Shown here: positions 1 through 11,500 of the stretch, piece after piece
How positions within the stretch are numbered: position 1 is the stretch's first letter
Layout: every line of letters begins with the position of its first letter
Assembly (NCBI GenBank): GCA_037441385.1
Contig: JBBISH010000021.1
Coordinates: 1-64,000, forward strand
Length of the DNA: 64,000 nucleotides
From: Myxococcales bacterium
Lineage (GTDB): Bacteria; Myxococcota_A; UBA9042
Direction: 5' to 3'
Program-made: the position numbers and the translations under genes
Notes under the pieces: model-generated
The model's input: only the letters and a program-made list of their open reading frames with translations
Told to the model about the DNA's origin: nothing
The model's database searches: none

Positions 1-106
1 CGACCTAGCGGTCGCCGCAGAGAGAAGGGCCCCAGCGGTCGCCCGAAGGGTGAACGGGTCGCCCCAGTGGGGCAACCCGTAGCTGGGACGACGCAGCAAC
101 GCCGAG

Positions 107-940
107 TTGCGCCCAAAGCGGCGGATCGGGGTGCCGCCGACACCCTTGCCAGGCCCGGTCGCGGGTGCGATCCTGCCGGCCATGCAGCCGCCCAAGTCGC
201 TATTCCAAATTCCGCCCGCCCGCCTGGCCAAGGTGCGGGTGATCCTGACCGACATCGACGGGACCATGACCCGCGCCGGCCGAATTCCGCCCGAGGTGGT
301 GGCCATGGCGCCCAAGCTGTTGAATTTGGGAGTAGAAGTCCTGCCCGTCACGGGTCGATCGGCCGGCGAGGCGCTGGGCTTGGCGCGCTACCTACCCGGC
401 GTGCGCCGCGCAATTGCCGAAAATGGCGGTGCGCTGGTGGTCCCGGATCGCGCTGTAGAGGAGTTCCGCCCAGCGGTCGATCGCCCCGCCATGCACCGCG
501 CGGCGGCCGAACTGAGCTTGGGCGATCCCTGGACACTGGCGCCCTGCTCGTTTGCCCGGCTGACCGATCAGGCCTGGGAGCGCGGCGGCCGCAGCGACGA
601 GCAGCTCGCGCAACTGCGCGACAAGGCAGGCGCGATGGGGTTATCGCTGACTTGGTCGAGCGTCCATATCCACCTGACCATGGCGCCCCCCGACAAGGGC
701 GCGGCGGCGCTGACGCTGCTGGAGCGCGAGGGCGTCGACCCGCAACACGCGGCCGCGATTGGCGACTCGACCAACGACGAAGGTCTGTGGGTAGCCGAGC
801 GCTTTGGCCTTGCGGTGGGCACGGCCGACGTGCAGCGCGTGTGGCCGCTGCTGCGGCATCATCCAGAATTCGTGGTCGCGCCAGCTGCCGACGGCTGGCT
901 GCAACTATGCGAGGCCGTGGCCATGGTGCGCCGGCAGTAG
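107..940 (+). CDS. HAD superfamily (Cof/IIB-like) phosphatase; true start may be ATG at 182
   Basis: Motif I ILTDIDGTMT, motif II VTGR, IAENG cap motif, DKG lysine, motif IV IGDSTND. Confidence 0.85.
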   Translation: MRPKRRIGVPPTPLPGPVAGAILPAMQPPKSLFQIPPARLAKVRVILTDIDGTMTRAGRIPPEVVAMAPKLLNLGVEVLPVTGRSAGEALGLARYLPGVRRAIAENGGALVVPDRAVEEFRPAVDRPAMHRAAAELSLGDPWTLAPCSFARLTDQAWERGGRSDEQLAQLRDKAGAMGLSLTWSSVHIHLTMAPPDKGAAALTLLEREGVDPQHAAAIGDSTNDEGLWVAERFGLAVGTADVQRVWPLLRHHPEFVVAPAADGWLQLCEAVAMVRRQ

Positions 941-965
941 ACCGCTGCACACAAAGGAGTCTGAC

Positions 966-1754
966 GTGACAACGGATCGTCCCTGGGCCCTGGTCACTGG
1001 AGCATCGTCTGGTTTGGGCAGCGATTTCGCGCGCCAGTTGGCCGAGCGCGGGTGGAACCTAGTCCTGACCGCGCGCCGTCGCGATCGCATGGAGGCGCTG
1101 GCCGCAGGTCTGCGCGACACCCACAAGGCCGAAGTGCTGATCGTGGACGGCGACTTGGGGATGCCCGCGTTCCGCGACGAGCTGGTGGCGCAGGCCGTCG
1201 CCGGGCGGCATGTGCAGATGATCGTCAACAACGCCGGGTTTGGGCAGCAGGGCAAGTTCTTGGAAACCGATTTCGCGCGCTGGTCCGACATGCTCCAGCT
1301 CAATGTGACGGCACTGACGGATCTGGCCTATCGGCTCGGTCGCCACATGCGCGAGCACGGCAAGCCGAGCCACGTGGTCAACATCGCCAGCATCGGCGCG
1401 TTCCAGCCTGTGCCCACTTTTGCCGTCTACGCGGCGACCAAGTCGTATGTGCGCGATTTTTCAGAGGCCTTTGCCTTCGAGGTCGCCGGCAGCAACGTGG
1501 CCGTGACCTGTGTGTGCCCTGGCGGCACCCGCACCGAATTCATGGATACGGCGGGCGTGTCGCTGAGCAAGGCGGCCGATGCCGCGCTGCAGTCCAGCGA
1601 GTCGGTGGTGCGCGAGGCGTTGGACACGGCCTTGGGCGGCGGGCGTCTCGTCGTCACGGGCTGGATGAACAAGCTGGCGACGTTCATGACGCGCTTGGTG
1701 CCGCGCTGGCTGGCGGCCAAGGTCGCGGAACTGTCGATGCGGCCGCCCAGCTAG
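966..1754 (+). CDS. SDR family NAD(P)-dependent oxidoreductase
   Basis: TGASSGLG Rossmann motif, VNNAG, NIAS, YAATK catalytic motif; AAAGGAG SD before GTG at 966. Confidence 0.92.
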   Translation: MTTDRPWALVTGASSGLGSDFARQLAERGWNLVLTARRRDRMEALAAGLRDTHKAEVLIVDGDLGMPAFRDELVAQAVAGRHVQMIVNNAGFGQQGKFLETDFARWSDMLQLNVTALTDLAYRLGRHMREHGKPSHVVNIASIGAFQPVPTFAVYAATKSYVRDFSEAFAFEVAGSNVAVTCVCPGGTRTEFMDTAGVSLSKAADAALQSSESVVREALDTALGGGRLVVTGWMNKLATFMTRLVPRWLAAKVAELSMRPPS

Positions 1755-1935
1755 GGGCCCGCGCAAAATCTAGTCGATTTTGGCTGGCCCTTTTCCCTGC
1801 TGGGTGGGTCGCAAGTGCGCCGCCCTACTGGGTCCAGCTCGCGAGACATGCTCGCGCCCTTCGGGATCGCTGGGCAGAGCACCGCTGCGCGCGTACGCGA
1901 ACGATCGAGTTCGTGTTACACAGGCCCCAACCCGA

Positions 1936-2595
1936 CTACGGCGGAGCCACGATGCGGCCCGACGGTCCGTTGATGCCGTCGACCGTGTGGCACGAGTTGC
2001 AGTCGCCGTTGGTCTGCGGCGAGGTCATTTCCAGGTAGTCGCCAGCGGCGTTGTAGACCTTGGCCGTGTAGGGCAGCACGATTTTGCTGGTGAACTTGCT
2101 CTGGAAGAAGTTGCCCGCGCCGTTGGTGATGAGCTTGGTCACGACGCCATCGCTGCCGATGATCTCCACGGTGACGCCGGTTTGGCCGTAGCACTTGTCG
2201 ATCGCGTGTTTGCTAGGAAAGATGGTGCCAGCGACCGCAAAACTGGGTGCCTCGCCGCCGCTTTTGTTGTGGCAGGCAATGCAGGCCACACCGGGTTGCA
2301 TCGAGGCCGAGCCCTGGGTGCCCTTGGTCCACATCTTGCCCGACGGGCAAGGCGGATCCGCCGCCACATCGGTCCGGTCGACCACCGCCGTGTCCGAGCT
2401 GGCATCGGCCGTTGGCGTGCTGTCTGGGTCGCCGGCTGCATCACCGGAATCGGTAGATTGTCCGTCGGCCAACGCGCTGGTGTCGCCTTGCCCAACATCC
2501 CCGGCCAGCGTGGCGGACGATCCGCCCGACGCCGAGGCCCCGCAGCCGACGACTGCCGGCAACATGAGCACCATGAACCACTTTGCTGTACGCAC
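1936..2595 (-). CDS. Diheme c-type cytochrome lipoprotein
   Basis: Two CxxCH motifs (CIACH, CNSCH); lipobox-like VVGC; Asp/Ala/Ser-rich linker; GAGGGAA before GTG at 2595. Confidence 0.72.
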   Translation of the reverse strand: MRTAKWFMVLMLPAVVGCGASASGGSSATLAGDVGQGDTSALADGQSTDSGDAAGDPDSTPTADASSDTAVVDRTDVAADPPCPSGKMWTKGTQGSASMQPGVACIACHNKSGGEAPSFAVAGTIFPSKHAIDKCYGQTGVTVEIIGSDGVVTKLITNGAGNFFQSKFTSKIVLPYTAKVYNAAGDYLEMTSPQTNGDCNSCHTVDGINGPSGRIVAPP

Positions 2596-2830
2596 ACTTC
2601 CCTCTGACGCGGGCCACCCGTCCGGCCGGCAGCACGGAGCGTAGCGAATGCCCACAGCCGTGCGCAAACCAAAACCGCCCAGCGCGGGTCCCGCCGGCAA
2701 GCTATTTTCCTCGCCGGTTTGGAATACCCAGTACGTAGGATCTGTTACCCTGTCAGCCGCGCGAGGCAAGACGCGCGTGCTCCGACTTGCCCGATTTCCC
2801 TTCTGCTCGGCCCAAATCGCCAGGATCCCC

Positions 2831-4162
2831 ATGCGTATTCGCCCCTTCCTGCTCGCCGTGTCCACCTTGGCCATGGCGATCGGCGTCTCGCCGCCGCTGC
2901 CAGCTCAGCCGATCGCGAGCGAGAGTCACCCACAGGTGCTCGGCAAGGCCAACCCGGTCGCCGCCGGCCTGCCCGAGCAGCGGTTCAGTCTGCAAGCCGC
3001 GCAAGACGCAATGCAGGCCCACCACCCGCTGCTGAAAGCGGCCCGCGCCAGTTTGAGCGCTGCCGCGGCAGACACGGTCACCGCCGGCCTGTGGACCAAT
3101 CCAACCCTGGATGCCAGCTACGCAAAGAGCGCCTTTCACCCCCAGAACGACCCGGTCGGGTCAGTGGGGGTCGGGCTTACGCAACTCATCGAAACTGCCC
3201 GGTTGCCGGCAGCGCGGCGACAGGTGGCGGATCTGAGCGAACAGGCGGCGGCCAGCGACTTGACCATGGTCCGCATGGCCCTGCAGCTGGACGTGGAGTC
3301 GGCCTGCCTGGCTCTGGCGGCAGCAGCGGCCCAGGTGCAAGTGCACGCGGACTCGATTGCCGAGCTTGAGCGCGCACACCAGATCGTGACGGCGCGTGTG
3401 CGCGGTGGCGCAGCTCCAGAATACGACGCCACCCGTATCGGCATCGCGCTGGCGCAAAGCCAGGCCGCGCTGACCGAGGCGCGAGCGGCGCTGACGCAAG
3501 CCCGCGGGTTCTTTGATATGGCGGTTGGACCAGGCGCCGCGGACCTGCCCGGATTGCCCAGCGTGGACCTGTTTGCGGTGCTGACGCCGACCGACGTAGG
3601 TGCAGCGCTGGATCAGGCGCGGCGCACCCGGCCTGACTTGCGCAGCGCCGAGTTGCGGTCCCAGGCGGCGGCGGCTCAGGTCCAGGTTGCGCGCCGGCAA
3701 GTGTTCCAGGGTATCAACGTGCGCGCGGGCATGTACTTTGGCACGACGCCGGGCGAATTGGGCGCCACGGTGGGAGTGGGCGTGCCGCTGCCGGTCATCG
3801 ACCGCGGCCAGGGCTCGGTGACGGCGGCGCTGGCGCGGAGCGAGGCCGCCGCGGCCACCCAAGCGTCGCTGGACTTGCAGGCCGAACAGCTGATCCGGGC
3901 GACCTGGCGCGAAGCGGTGACGCGCCAAGAAGCCTTTGCCGCCTATGTCCAAGCCGGGGCCACCCGCAGCAAGGGCATGGTCCAAGAGGCCGAGGCGGGC
4001 TACCGCGCCGGCAAGCTATCGGTCTTGGAGTTGGTGGACGCCTACCTGGCCAAGCGCGATGCCCGCACCCGCGCCGTGGATCTGGCCCACCAGGCCAGGC
4101 AAGCAGAGCTGCGGCTGCGGCGCGCGGTCGTGGCCGGTACGAGTGTGTTTGCCGCGCCGTAG
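2831..4162 (+). CDS. TolC/CzcC-family outer-membrane efflux protein
   Basis: Signal peptide, NPTL motif, PLPVIDRGQG and YRAGKLSVLELVDA repeats of the OEP family; first gene of an RND triplet. Confidence 0.88.
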   Translation: MRIRPFLLAVSTLAMAIGVSPPLPAQPIASESHPQVLGKANPVAAGLPEQRFSLQAAQDAMQAHHPLLKAARASLSAAAADTVTAGLWTNPTLDASYAKSAFHPQNDPVGSVGVGLTQLIETARLPAARRQVADLSEQAAASDLTMVRMALQLDVESACLALAAAAAQVQVHADSIAELERAHQIVTARVRGGAAPEYDATRIGIALAQSQAALTEARAALTQARGFFDMAVGPGAADLPGLPSVDLFAVLTPTDVGAALDQARRTRPDLRSAELRSQAAAAQVQVARRQVFQGINVRAGMYFGTTPGELGATVGVGVPLPVIDRGQGSVTAALARSEAAAATQASLDLQAEQLIRATWREAVTRQEAFAAYVQAGATRSKGMVQEAEAGYRAGKLSVLELVDAYLAKRDARTRAVDLAHQARQAELRLRRAVVAGTSVFAAP

Positions 4163-4210
4163 TTGGAGCCAGCGCGGATCGGAATCCCCACAGACAAAAG
4201 AGGATCTTGG

Positions 4211-5341
4211 ATGAACAGCATGACGGACGGGAAGATCAAGGTGGGCGCGCTGGCGGCGGTGGCGCTGGTCGCGACCTGTGCGTGCAGCCAAGAGCGCCCC
4301 GCTGCGGCCCAACCGAGCCACGAGCGCCGCCAGGATGGATCGGTGGTGCTGCGTGGCGGCGCGACCGCCTTTGTCAAGGTCGAAGTCGCGCAGGCGGCCA
4401 CCAAGCCCTATGTACGCCTGCTGCCAGCAAAAGTTGCCTTTGACGAGCAGCGGCTGGCGACCATCGGGCCGCCGGTGGCGGGGCGCGTGGCGAGCGTCGA
4501 GGTGCTCACCGGCGACAAGGTCAAGAAGGGCGATGTACTGCTGACCATCCACTCGCCCGACATTGCCAGTGTGCAGGCTCAGGTGGCCGAGGCGCGCGCC
4601 GCCAAGACTCTGGCCGCCCAGTCGCTGGCTCGCGTGGCGCGCCTGGTCAAAGATGGCGCCGCCAGCCAGGCCGAACTGCAGCAAGCCCAAGCGCAAATGG
4701 CGCTGTCGGTGCAAGAAGAGCGGCGCACGGCGTCGTCGCTCGCGGCCGTGGGCGGCGGCGACGGATCGGCTGACTACAAGCTGCGCTCGCCGATCGACGG
4801 TGTAGTGGTCGAGCGGCAGGTGGCGGTGGGCCGCGAGGTGCACGTGGACCAGGATCAGCCGCTCATCAGCGTGGCCGACCTGGGCAAAGTTTGGGTGATT
4901 GCGGACCTGTACGAGCAGGACCTGGCCAGCGTGCAGGTGGGCGCACCCGCCACCGTGCTGACGCCGTCGCTGCCGGGCAAGTCGTTCCCAGGCAAGATCC
5001 TCTATGTGGGCGATCTGGTCGACGCAACCACCCGCGCTATCCGCACCCGCATCGAAATTGATAACCCCGACAACCTGTTGCGCCCCGGCATGTTCGTACA
5101 GGCGCAAGTCGAGACCAAGGTGCCCGCGGCCGTCGATGCGCCGGTCAGCGCCGTGCTGGCGCGCCGCGACCAGTTCTTTGTCTTTGTGCAAGAGGCCGAT
5201 GGCAGCTACCGGCAGCGCGAGGTCAAGGTCGGCGAGCAGCAAGGTGCGCACATCACCATCATCGAGGGACTGAAACCCGGCGAGCGGTTGGTGACCCAGG
5301 GCGCGATCCTGCTCGACGCCGAGGCCAACGAGGCGCTGTAG
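4211..5341 (+). CDS. RND efflux periplasmic adaptor subunit (CzcB-like)
   Basis: GRVASVEVLTGDKVKKGD and LRSPIDGVV biotinyl-like halves, ADLGKVWV, LRPGMFV; AGAGGA SD before ATG 4211. Confidence 0.92.
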   Translation: MNSMTDGKIKVGALAAVALVATCACSQERPAAAQPSHERRQDGSVVLRGGATAFVKVEVAQAATKPYVRLLPAKVAFDEQRLATIGPPVAGRVASVEVLTGDKVKKGDVLLTIHSPDIASVQAQVAEARAAKTLAAQSLARVARLVKDGAASQAELQQAQAQMALSVQEERRTASSLAAVGGGDGSADYKLRSPIDGVVVERQVAVGREVHVDQDQPLISVADLGKVWVIADLYEQDLASVQVGAPATVLTPSLPGKSFPGKILYVGDLVDATTRAIRTRIEIDNPDNLLRPGMFVQAQVETKVPAAVDAPVSAVLARRDQFFVFVQEADGSYRQREVKVGEQQGAHITIIEGLKPGERLVTQGAILLDAEANEAL

Positions 5342-5374
5342 CCCCCCCACCGCACCACAGGCAAGCGAGGCCCC

Positions 5375-8300
5375 ATGATTCGCCACTTGGTCGACTTTGC
5401 CCTGCGACAGCGGGCGGTCATCCTAATCTGTGCATTGATTCTCGTTGGTTTGGGGATCAATTCGTTCTACAACGTGCCCATCGAGGCCTACCCCGACGTC
5501 GCCGACACGTGGGTGCAGATCATCACGCAGTGGCCGGGCCACGCCGCCAAGGAGGTGGAGCGGCAAATCACCGTTCCCACCGAGCGCGAGATGAACGGCG
5601 TGCCCAAGCAAACGGCGCTGCGCTCGACCTCGATCGCCGGTTTGTCGGTCGTGACGCTGATTTTTGAAGACGGGACCGACAGTTACTTTGCCCGCCAGCA
5701 AGTGCTCGAGCGGCTGCACAACATCGATCTGCCGGCCGACGCCGTGCCCGACTTGGGGCCGTTGGCCAGCCCAGTGGGCGAGATTCTGCGCTACAACTTG
5801 GTCAATTGCGCCGTGACGCGGGTCAGCGAGTGCACCGACGACGACGCCAAGGTGCCGCCCAAGCCCCTGAGCGAGCTGAAGGATCTAGAGGAATGGCAGG
5901 TCGAGCGCGAGCTGCTGGCCACGCCAGGCATCGCCGATGTCGCCAGCTTTGGTGGCACGGTCAAGCAGTTCCAGGTCCTGGTGGATCCTGCGCTGCTGTC
6001 GGCCCGCGGTCTGACCATCCAGGACGTCGAGACGGCCCTGAGCAACGCCAACGCCAACACGGGCGGCGGCGTGGTGCAGCTGGGGCCCGCGTCGCTGAAC
6101 GTGCGCGGAGTCGGTCTGCTGACTCCAGAGCAAATTGGCGAGGTTGCGATCGCTCAGCGCGACGGCACGCCGGTACGGGTGCGGCACGTGGCCAAGGTGC
6201 AGATCGGCTTTCAGCCGCGACTCGGTCGCGTGTCGCTCGATAGCGACAAAGACGTGGTCAAGGCCACGGTGTTGATGCGAAAAGGCGAGCAAACACAACA
6301 GGTCCTAGAGCGTCTGCACCAGCGCATCGAAGAGATCAACGCCACCGTGCTGCCGCGCGGCGTCAAGTTGCATGTCCACCACGATCGCACCGAGCTGATG
6401 CATCTGACCACGCACACGGTGATGCACAACCTGATCGAGGGCATCGCGCTGGTCACCTTGATTTTGTTCATCTTCTTGGGTAATGCGCGGGCGGCGCTCA
6501 TCGTGGCGGTGACGATCCCGCTGTCGCTGCTGATCGCCTTCATCTTCATGGATGGCATCAAGATCCCGGCGAATTTGCTGTCGATTGGCGCGATCGACTT
6601 TGGCATGATCGTCGACGGGTCGATCGTGATGGTCGAGAACATCTTCCGGTTACTTGCCGAAAAACAAGAGAAAGGCGAGGCCTACGACCTGGGCGACTTG
6701 GTGCGGGCGGCGGCGCGCGAGGTGGCCCGGCCCATCGTGTTCGCCATTGCCATCATCGTCATGGCCTATATGCCGATTTTCACACTGCAACGCGTAGAGG
6801 GCAAGCTGTTCTCGCCCATGGCGTGGACGGTGGCGGCGGCGCTGTTTGGCGCGCTGGTGCTGGCCATCACGGTCGTGCCCGTGCTGACCACCTTCTTGTT
6901 CCGCGGCAAGGTCAAAGAGTTCCACAACCCGATCTTGGCGCTGATGCGCTGGGTGTATTTGCCTAGCCTGCGGATCGCGCTGCAGAAGCCGTGGCTGGCG
7001 CTGGTGGTGGCAGGCCTGCTGATCGGCGGCGACGTGATGCTGACCCGCCACATCGGTTCGGAATTCTTGCCGCACCTGGACGAGGGCGCGCTGTGGGTGC
7101 GCGTGTCGATGCCCGCCAACATCTCGCTGGCCGAGGCAGAGGCCATGGTCGACGGCCGCGAGGAAAACGGCAAGATGAGCAAAGGCTTGCGCGCCGTCCT
7201 GGCCGAATTTCCCGAGGTGCGGATGATGTCGACGCAGATCGGCCGCCCCGACGATGGCACCGATCCCACCGGCTTCTTCAACGCCGAGTTCCTGCTGCTG
7301 CTGACCGATCATGAAACGTGGCGCCCAGAGTTCCACGGCAAAAAGGACTTGCTGATCGGAGCCATGGCCGACGCATTGTCGATCGTGCCCGGCGTGGAGG
7401 TGGGCTTCTCGCAACCGATTTCGGACAACATCGAAGAAGCCGTGTCGGGCGTGAAGGGCCAACTGGCGCTGAAGATTGTTGGCAATGATCTCAACGCGTT
7501 GGACGATCTGGCGCGCCGCGCCGCCCACGCCATGAAAGACGTGCCGGGCATCGAGGACCTGGGCGTGTTCCGCGAGCTGGGCCAAAGCAACATCAACATC
7601 GCGGTGGCGCGGGAACGTGCTGAGCGCTATGGCCTTTCGGTCAGCGACGTCGAGGCGGTGATCGAGGCCGGGGTGGGCGGTGCGCGCGTTTCGCAAATCG
7701 TAGAGGGCGAGCGTCGCCACGACCTGGTGGTCCGCTATGCCGAGGACAAGCGCGACACGGTTGACGCGCTCAAGCGCTTGCAAGTGCCCATTGGCAATGG
7801 GGTAACCGTTCCGCTGGCGCTGGTGGCGGACGTGACGGTCCAAGGCGGCGCCTCGCGCATCTTCCGAGAAGCCAACCGCCGCTACATCGCGGTGAAATTC
7901 AGCGTGCGCGATCGCGATCTTGGCTCCGCGGTGGCCGATGCCCAGGCCGCGGTGAACAAGGCGATCAAGCTGCCGGCCGGCTACAGCATGGCCTGGGCGG
8001 GCGAGTTCGAGTCGGCCCAACGCGCGGGCAAGCGCTTGGCGATCGTGATCCCGGCCACGATGCTGCTGATCTTCGGCCTGCTGCTCATCATGTTCCGCCG
8101 TATGCGCGAGTCGCTGATTATCTTGGGCAATGTGCTGCTCACGTCGCCGTTTGGCGGGCTGGTGGCGCTGCTCGCAACGAATACGAACTTCTCGGTGGCG
8201 TCCGGCGTGGGCTTCTTGGCTCTGTTTGGCGTGTCGGTGCAGACAGGCGTGATTTTGATCGCCTACATCAACGAGTTGCGGGTAGAGGGCATGCACCTGG

Positions 8301-8596
8301 ACGAGGCCATCTTGCGCGCCGCGGACCTGCGTCTGCGCCCGGTGACGATGACGGCGCTGGTAGCGACGCTGGGTTTGCTGCCGGCGGCGCTGTCGACGGG
8401 CATCGGCTCGGACTCGCAAAAGCCCTTGGCGATCGTGGTGGTCGGTGGCCTGGTGTCGTCGCTGGCGCTCTCGCTGATGATGCTGCCGCTGCTGTACAAA
8501 CTCTTCCCGCCCAAGGACTTGCCCAAGGACGCCGAGGTGGTGACCCACCTGGAGCCAGTGGAGCCGCAGCCCGAGATGGTGGCGCTGCTAGACTGA
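5375..8596 (+). CDS. czcA: CusA/CzcA-family heavy-metal efflux RND transporter
   Basis: 1073 aa; EAYPDV start motif, TM4 AIDFGMIVDGSIVMVEN, GSEFLPHLDEG, RLRPVTMTA. Confidence 0.93.
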   Translation: MIRHLVDFALRQRAVILICALILVGLGINSFYNVPIEAYPDVADTWVQIITQWPGHAAKEVERQITVPTEREMNGVPKQTALRSTSIAGLSVVTLIFEDGTDSYFARQQVLERLHNIDLPADAVPDLGPLASPVGEILRYNLVNCAVTRVSECTDDDAKVPPKPLSELKDLEEWQVERELLATPGIADVASFGGTVKQFQVLVDPALLSARGLTIQDVETALSNANANTGGGVVQLGPASLNVRGVGLLTPEQIGEVAIAQRDGTPVRVRHVAKVQIGFQPRLGRVSLDSDKDVVKATVLMRKGEQTQQVLERLHQRIEEINATVLPRGVKLHVHHDRTELMHLTTHTVMHNLIEGIALVTLILFIFLGNARAALIVAVTIPLSLLIAFIFMDGIKIPANLLSIGAIDFGMIVDGSIVMVENIFRLLAEKQEKGEAYDLGDLVRAAAREVARPIVFAIAIIVMAYMPIFTLQRVEGKLFSPMAWTVAAALFGALVLAITVVPVLTTFLFRGKVKEFHNPILALMRWVYLPSLRIALQKPWLALVVAGLLIGGDVMLTRHIGSEFLPHLDEGALWVRVSMPANISLAEAEAMVDGREENGKMSKGLRAVLAEFPEVRMMSTQIGRPDDGTDPTGFFNAEFLLLLTDHETWRPEFHGKKDLLIGAMADALSIVPGVEVGFSQPISDNIEEAVSGVKGQLALKIVGNDLNALDDLARRAAHAMKDVPGIEDLGVFRELGQSNINIAVARERAERYGLSVSDVEAVIEAGVGGARVSQIVEGERRHDLVVRYAEDKRDTVDALKRLQVPIGNGVTVPLALVADVTVQGGASRIFREANRRYIAVKFSVRDRDLGSAVADAQAAVNKAIKLPAGYSMAWAGEFESAQRAGKRLAIVIPATMLLIFGLLLIMFRRMRESLIILGNVLLTSPFGGLVALLATNTNFSVASGVGFLALFGVSVQTGVILIAYINELRVEGMHLDEAILRAADLRLRPVTMTALVATLGLLPAALSTGIGSDSQKPLAIVVVGGLVSSLALSLMMLPLLYKLFPPKDLPKDAEVVTHLEPVEPQPEMVALLD

Positions 8597-11500
8597 CGCG
8601 GGTTCGGCGACTTTGTGCAGCGAGATGAGGACGTTCTCGCCGCCCACTTCCACGCCACCTTCCGGCGGGTCCTGCTGCAGCTCGAGCTCGGTCGCCAGCA
8701 CTTCGTCCATGACGTAGCCGGCGTGCTCGCGCACCGCTTCGGCCAGGATCGGCGACGTGGTGATCAGCGTCAGCGCGATGCGGTCTTCGACTTCCAACCC
8801 GTTGTCTTTACGGGCATTTTGTACGCGATTCACCAGCTCGCGCACCAGGCCTTCGCGGCGAAGCACGTCGTCGAGCTGCGTGTCGAGCGCGACCGTCGCG
8901 CGACCCTCGGTGGCCGCGACCAGGCCCGCTAGAGGCGCCGAGCGGAACTCGAAGTCGCTGGCTTCGAGCCGCACGCCCGCCACGTCGACGCCGCCGTTCT
9001 GCTCGAGCTCGGCCTGTGCCGCGGCGACCTTGGCGTTGTCCCAGGTAACGATTTCGCCTGCAACGGCCTTGGTTTGCCCGCCGAGCCGCTTGGCCGCGGT
9101 CTTGAAGTTGAGCTTGGCGGTCCAACTGACCAGGTTGCTCGCCCCCTCGGCCTGCAGGTCCACGCGCTTGACGTTCAGCTCGTCGGCCAGGATCTCCAAG
9201 AGCTCAAGCTGGCCCTGAAGCAGGACGTGGTGCGGGTCGCGCGCGCCGTCTTGCATGGCCACGGTCAAGGTCCGCAAGGGCTGACGAACATTGAGCTTGC
9301 TCTGCTCGCGCAAGTTGCGGCCCAGCTTGACCAGCGTGCGCACCAGGGCCATCCGCTGCTCCAAGTCGGTGTCGACCGCGGCCTGATTCGCCTGTGGGAA
9401 CTGCTCCAGATGCACCGAACCGGCCTTGCCGGGGCGCCCGGCTTCCAGCCGCTGGTACAGCGCCTCGGCCATGAACGGGAGGATCGGCGCGAGTAGCCGC
9501 GAGAACAGGGTCAGTACGTCGTACAAAGTCTCGTAGGCCGCCTGTTTGTCGCGCGAATTGCCCGACTTCCAGAAGCGGCGCCGCGACCGCCGGATGTACC
9601 AATTGGTCAAGTCATCGATGAAGCCCAGCACGCGCGGGATCACGTTGTATAGCCGGTACTCCGCCATCTCGGTGTTCACGTCGGCCACCAGGCTCTGCGC
9701 CACGCTGAGAATCCAGCGGTCCAGCAGCGCTCGATCCGCAAGCGGCATGGGCCCTTCCGGCGGGGTCCAGCTGTCCGCGGCCGCGTAGGTGGCAAAGAAG
9801 CTGTACGCATTCCACAGCGGCAGCACCACCGCCCGCACCACTTCGCGCACGCCCGACTCGGCAAAACGCATGGGCTCGGCGCGCACGGCGGGCGACGTGA
9901 CCAGGTAGGCGCGCAGAGCGTCCGCGCCGTAGTTGGCCAACAACTCCATGGGATCCGGGTAGTTCTTCAGCCGCTTGCTCATCTTCTGGCCGTCTTCGGC
10001 CAAGATGAGTCCGTTGACGATCACGTTGTCGAACGCAGGCTTGTCGAACAGCGCCGTCGACAGCACCAACAGGGTGTAGAACCAGCCGCGCGTCTGATCC
10101 AGGCCCTCGGCGATAAAGGCGGCCGGCAAATTGCGCTCGACCAGCTCCTTGTTCTCGAACGGATAGTGGTTTTGCGCATAGGGCATCGAGCCGGATTCGA
10201 ACCAGCAATCCAGCACTTCGGGAGTGCGCTGCATGGCCTGGCCGCAGTGCTTGCAGTCCCACTGCAGCGGGTCCACGTGGTGTTTGTGCAAGTCGTGCAC
10301 CGGAACGCCCGCGCGATCTTGCAGGTCGGCCACCGACCCGACGCACTCGAGCTGGCCGCAGCCCACGCACTGCCAAATAGGCAGCGGCGTTCCCCAATAG
10401 CGGTTGCGCGAGATGGCCCAATCGCGGGCGTCTTTTAGCCAATTGCCAAAGCGCTTCTGGCCCACATAGTCGGGCACCCAGCGCGTCTGCTCGTTCAGCT
10501 CGACCATGCGCTCGCGGAGCGGCCGAGCCTGGCTGCCGGGCGGTACGCTCTCTACGCGCACGAACCAGGTAGGCATCGCCTTGTAGATGAGCGGAGTTCC
10601 CGAGCGCCAGCAGAAGGGATACTCGTGGTCGATGGTCGCCTGCTTGAACAGCAGCCCGCGCTCCTTCAGGTCGCGGATCAGGGTCTTGTCGGCGTCCTTG
10701 ACGTTCTTGCCCACCACCTCGCCGCTGGCGATGCTGGCCACGTCGCCGGTAAAGTTGCCCTCGCCGTCGACTGGATCGCGCAGCGGCACTTTCCACTGCT
10801 GGCAGACGCGGTGGTCGTCTTCGCCGTAGGCCGGCGCTTGGTGCACCACGCCGGTGCCGTCCTCGACCGTAACGTAACCATCGGAGACTACACGATAGGC
10901 GCCCTCGGCCGCGGCATCGGCAAAGCAGTCGAACAGGGGCTGGTAGCGGACACCCACCAGGTCTGCGCCATCCAGCGTGCGCAGAACCTGATGACGGCCC
11001 AGCACCTTTTCGGCCAAGGCCTCGGCCAGCAGGTAGCGCGCGCCGTCCTCTTGGCGGCGAGCCTCCACGTAGCGGATGGCGGGCCCAACGCACAGCGCCA
11101 TGTTGGCGGGCAGCGTCCACGGCGTGGTGGTCCAAGCCAAGATGTGCAGCGGATCCGCGCTGCCCGCCGCGTCGTCCAACACCTTGAAGCGGATGGTGAT
11201 CGCCGGGTCCTGCACGGTGCGGTAGTCCATGCCGGCTTCAAAGTTCGACAGCGGCGTGCCCAAGCGCCACGAGTAGGGCATCACCTTGTGGCCGCGATAC
11301 AAAAGCCCCTTGTCCCACAACGACTTGAAGACCCACCACACCGACTCCATGAACGGCAGGTCCATGGTCTTGTAATCGCGCTCAAAGTCGACCCAGCGGC
11401 CCATGCGTTCGACCACCTCCTGCCACAAGCCCGTATAGCGCAAGACGATCGAGCGACAGGCCTCGTTGTAGCGCCCCACGCCGTAGGCTTGCACTTCGCT

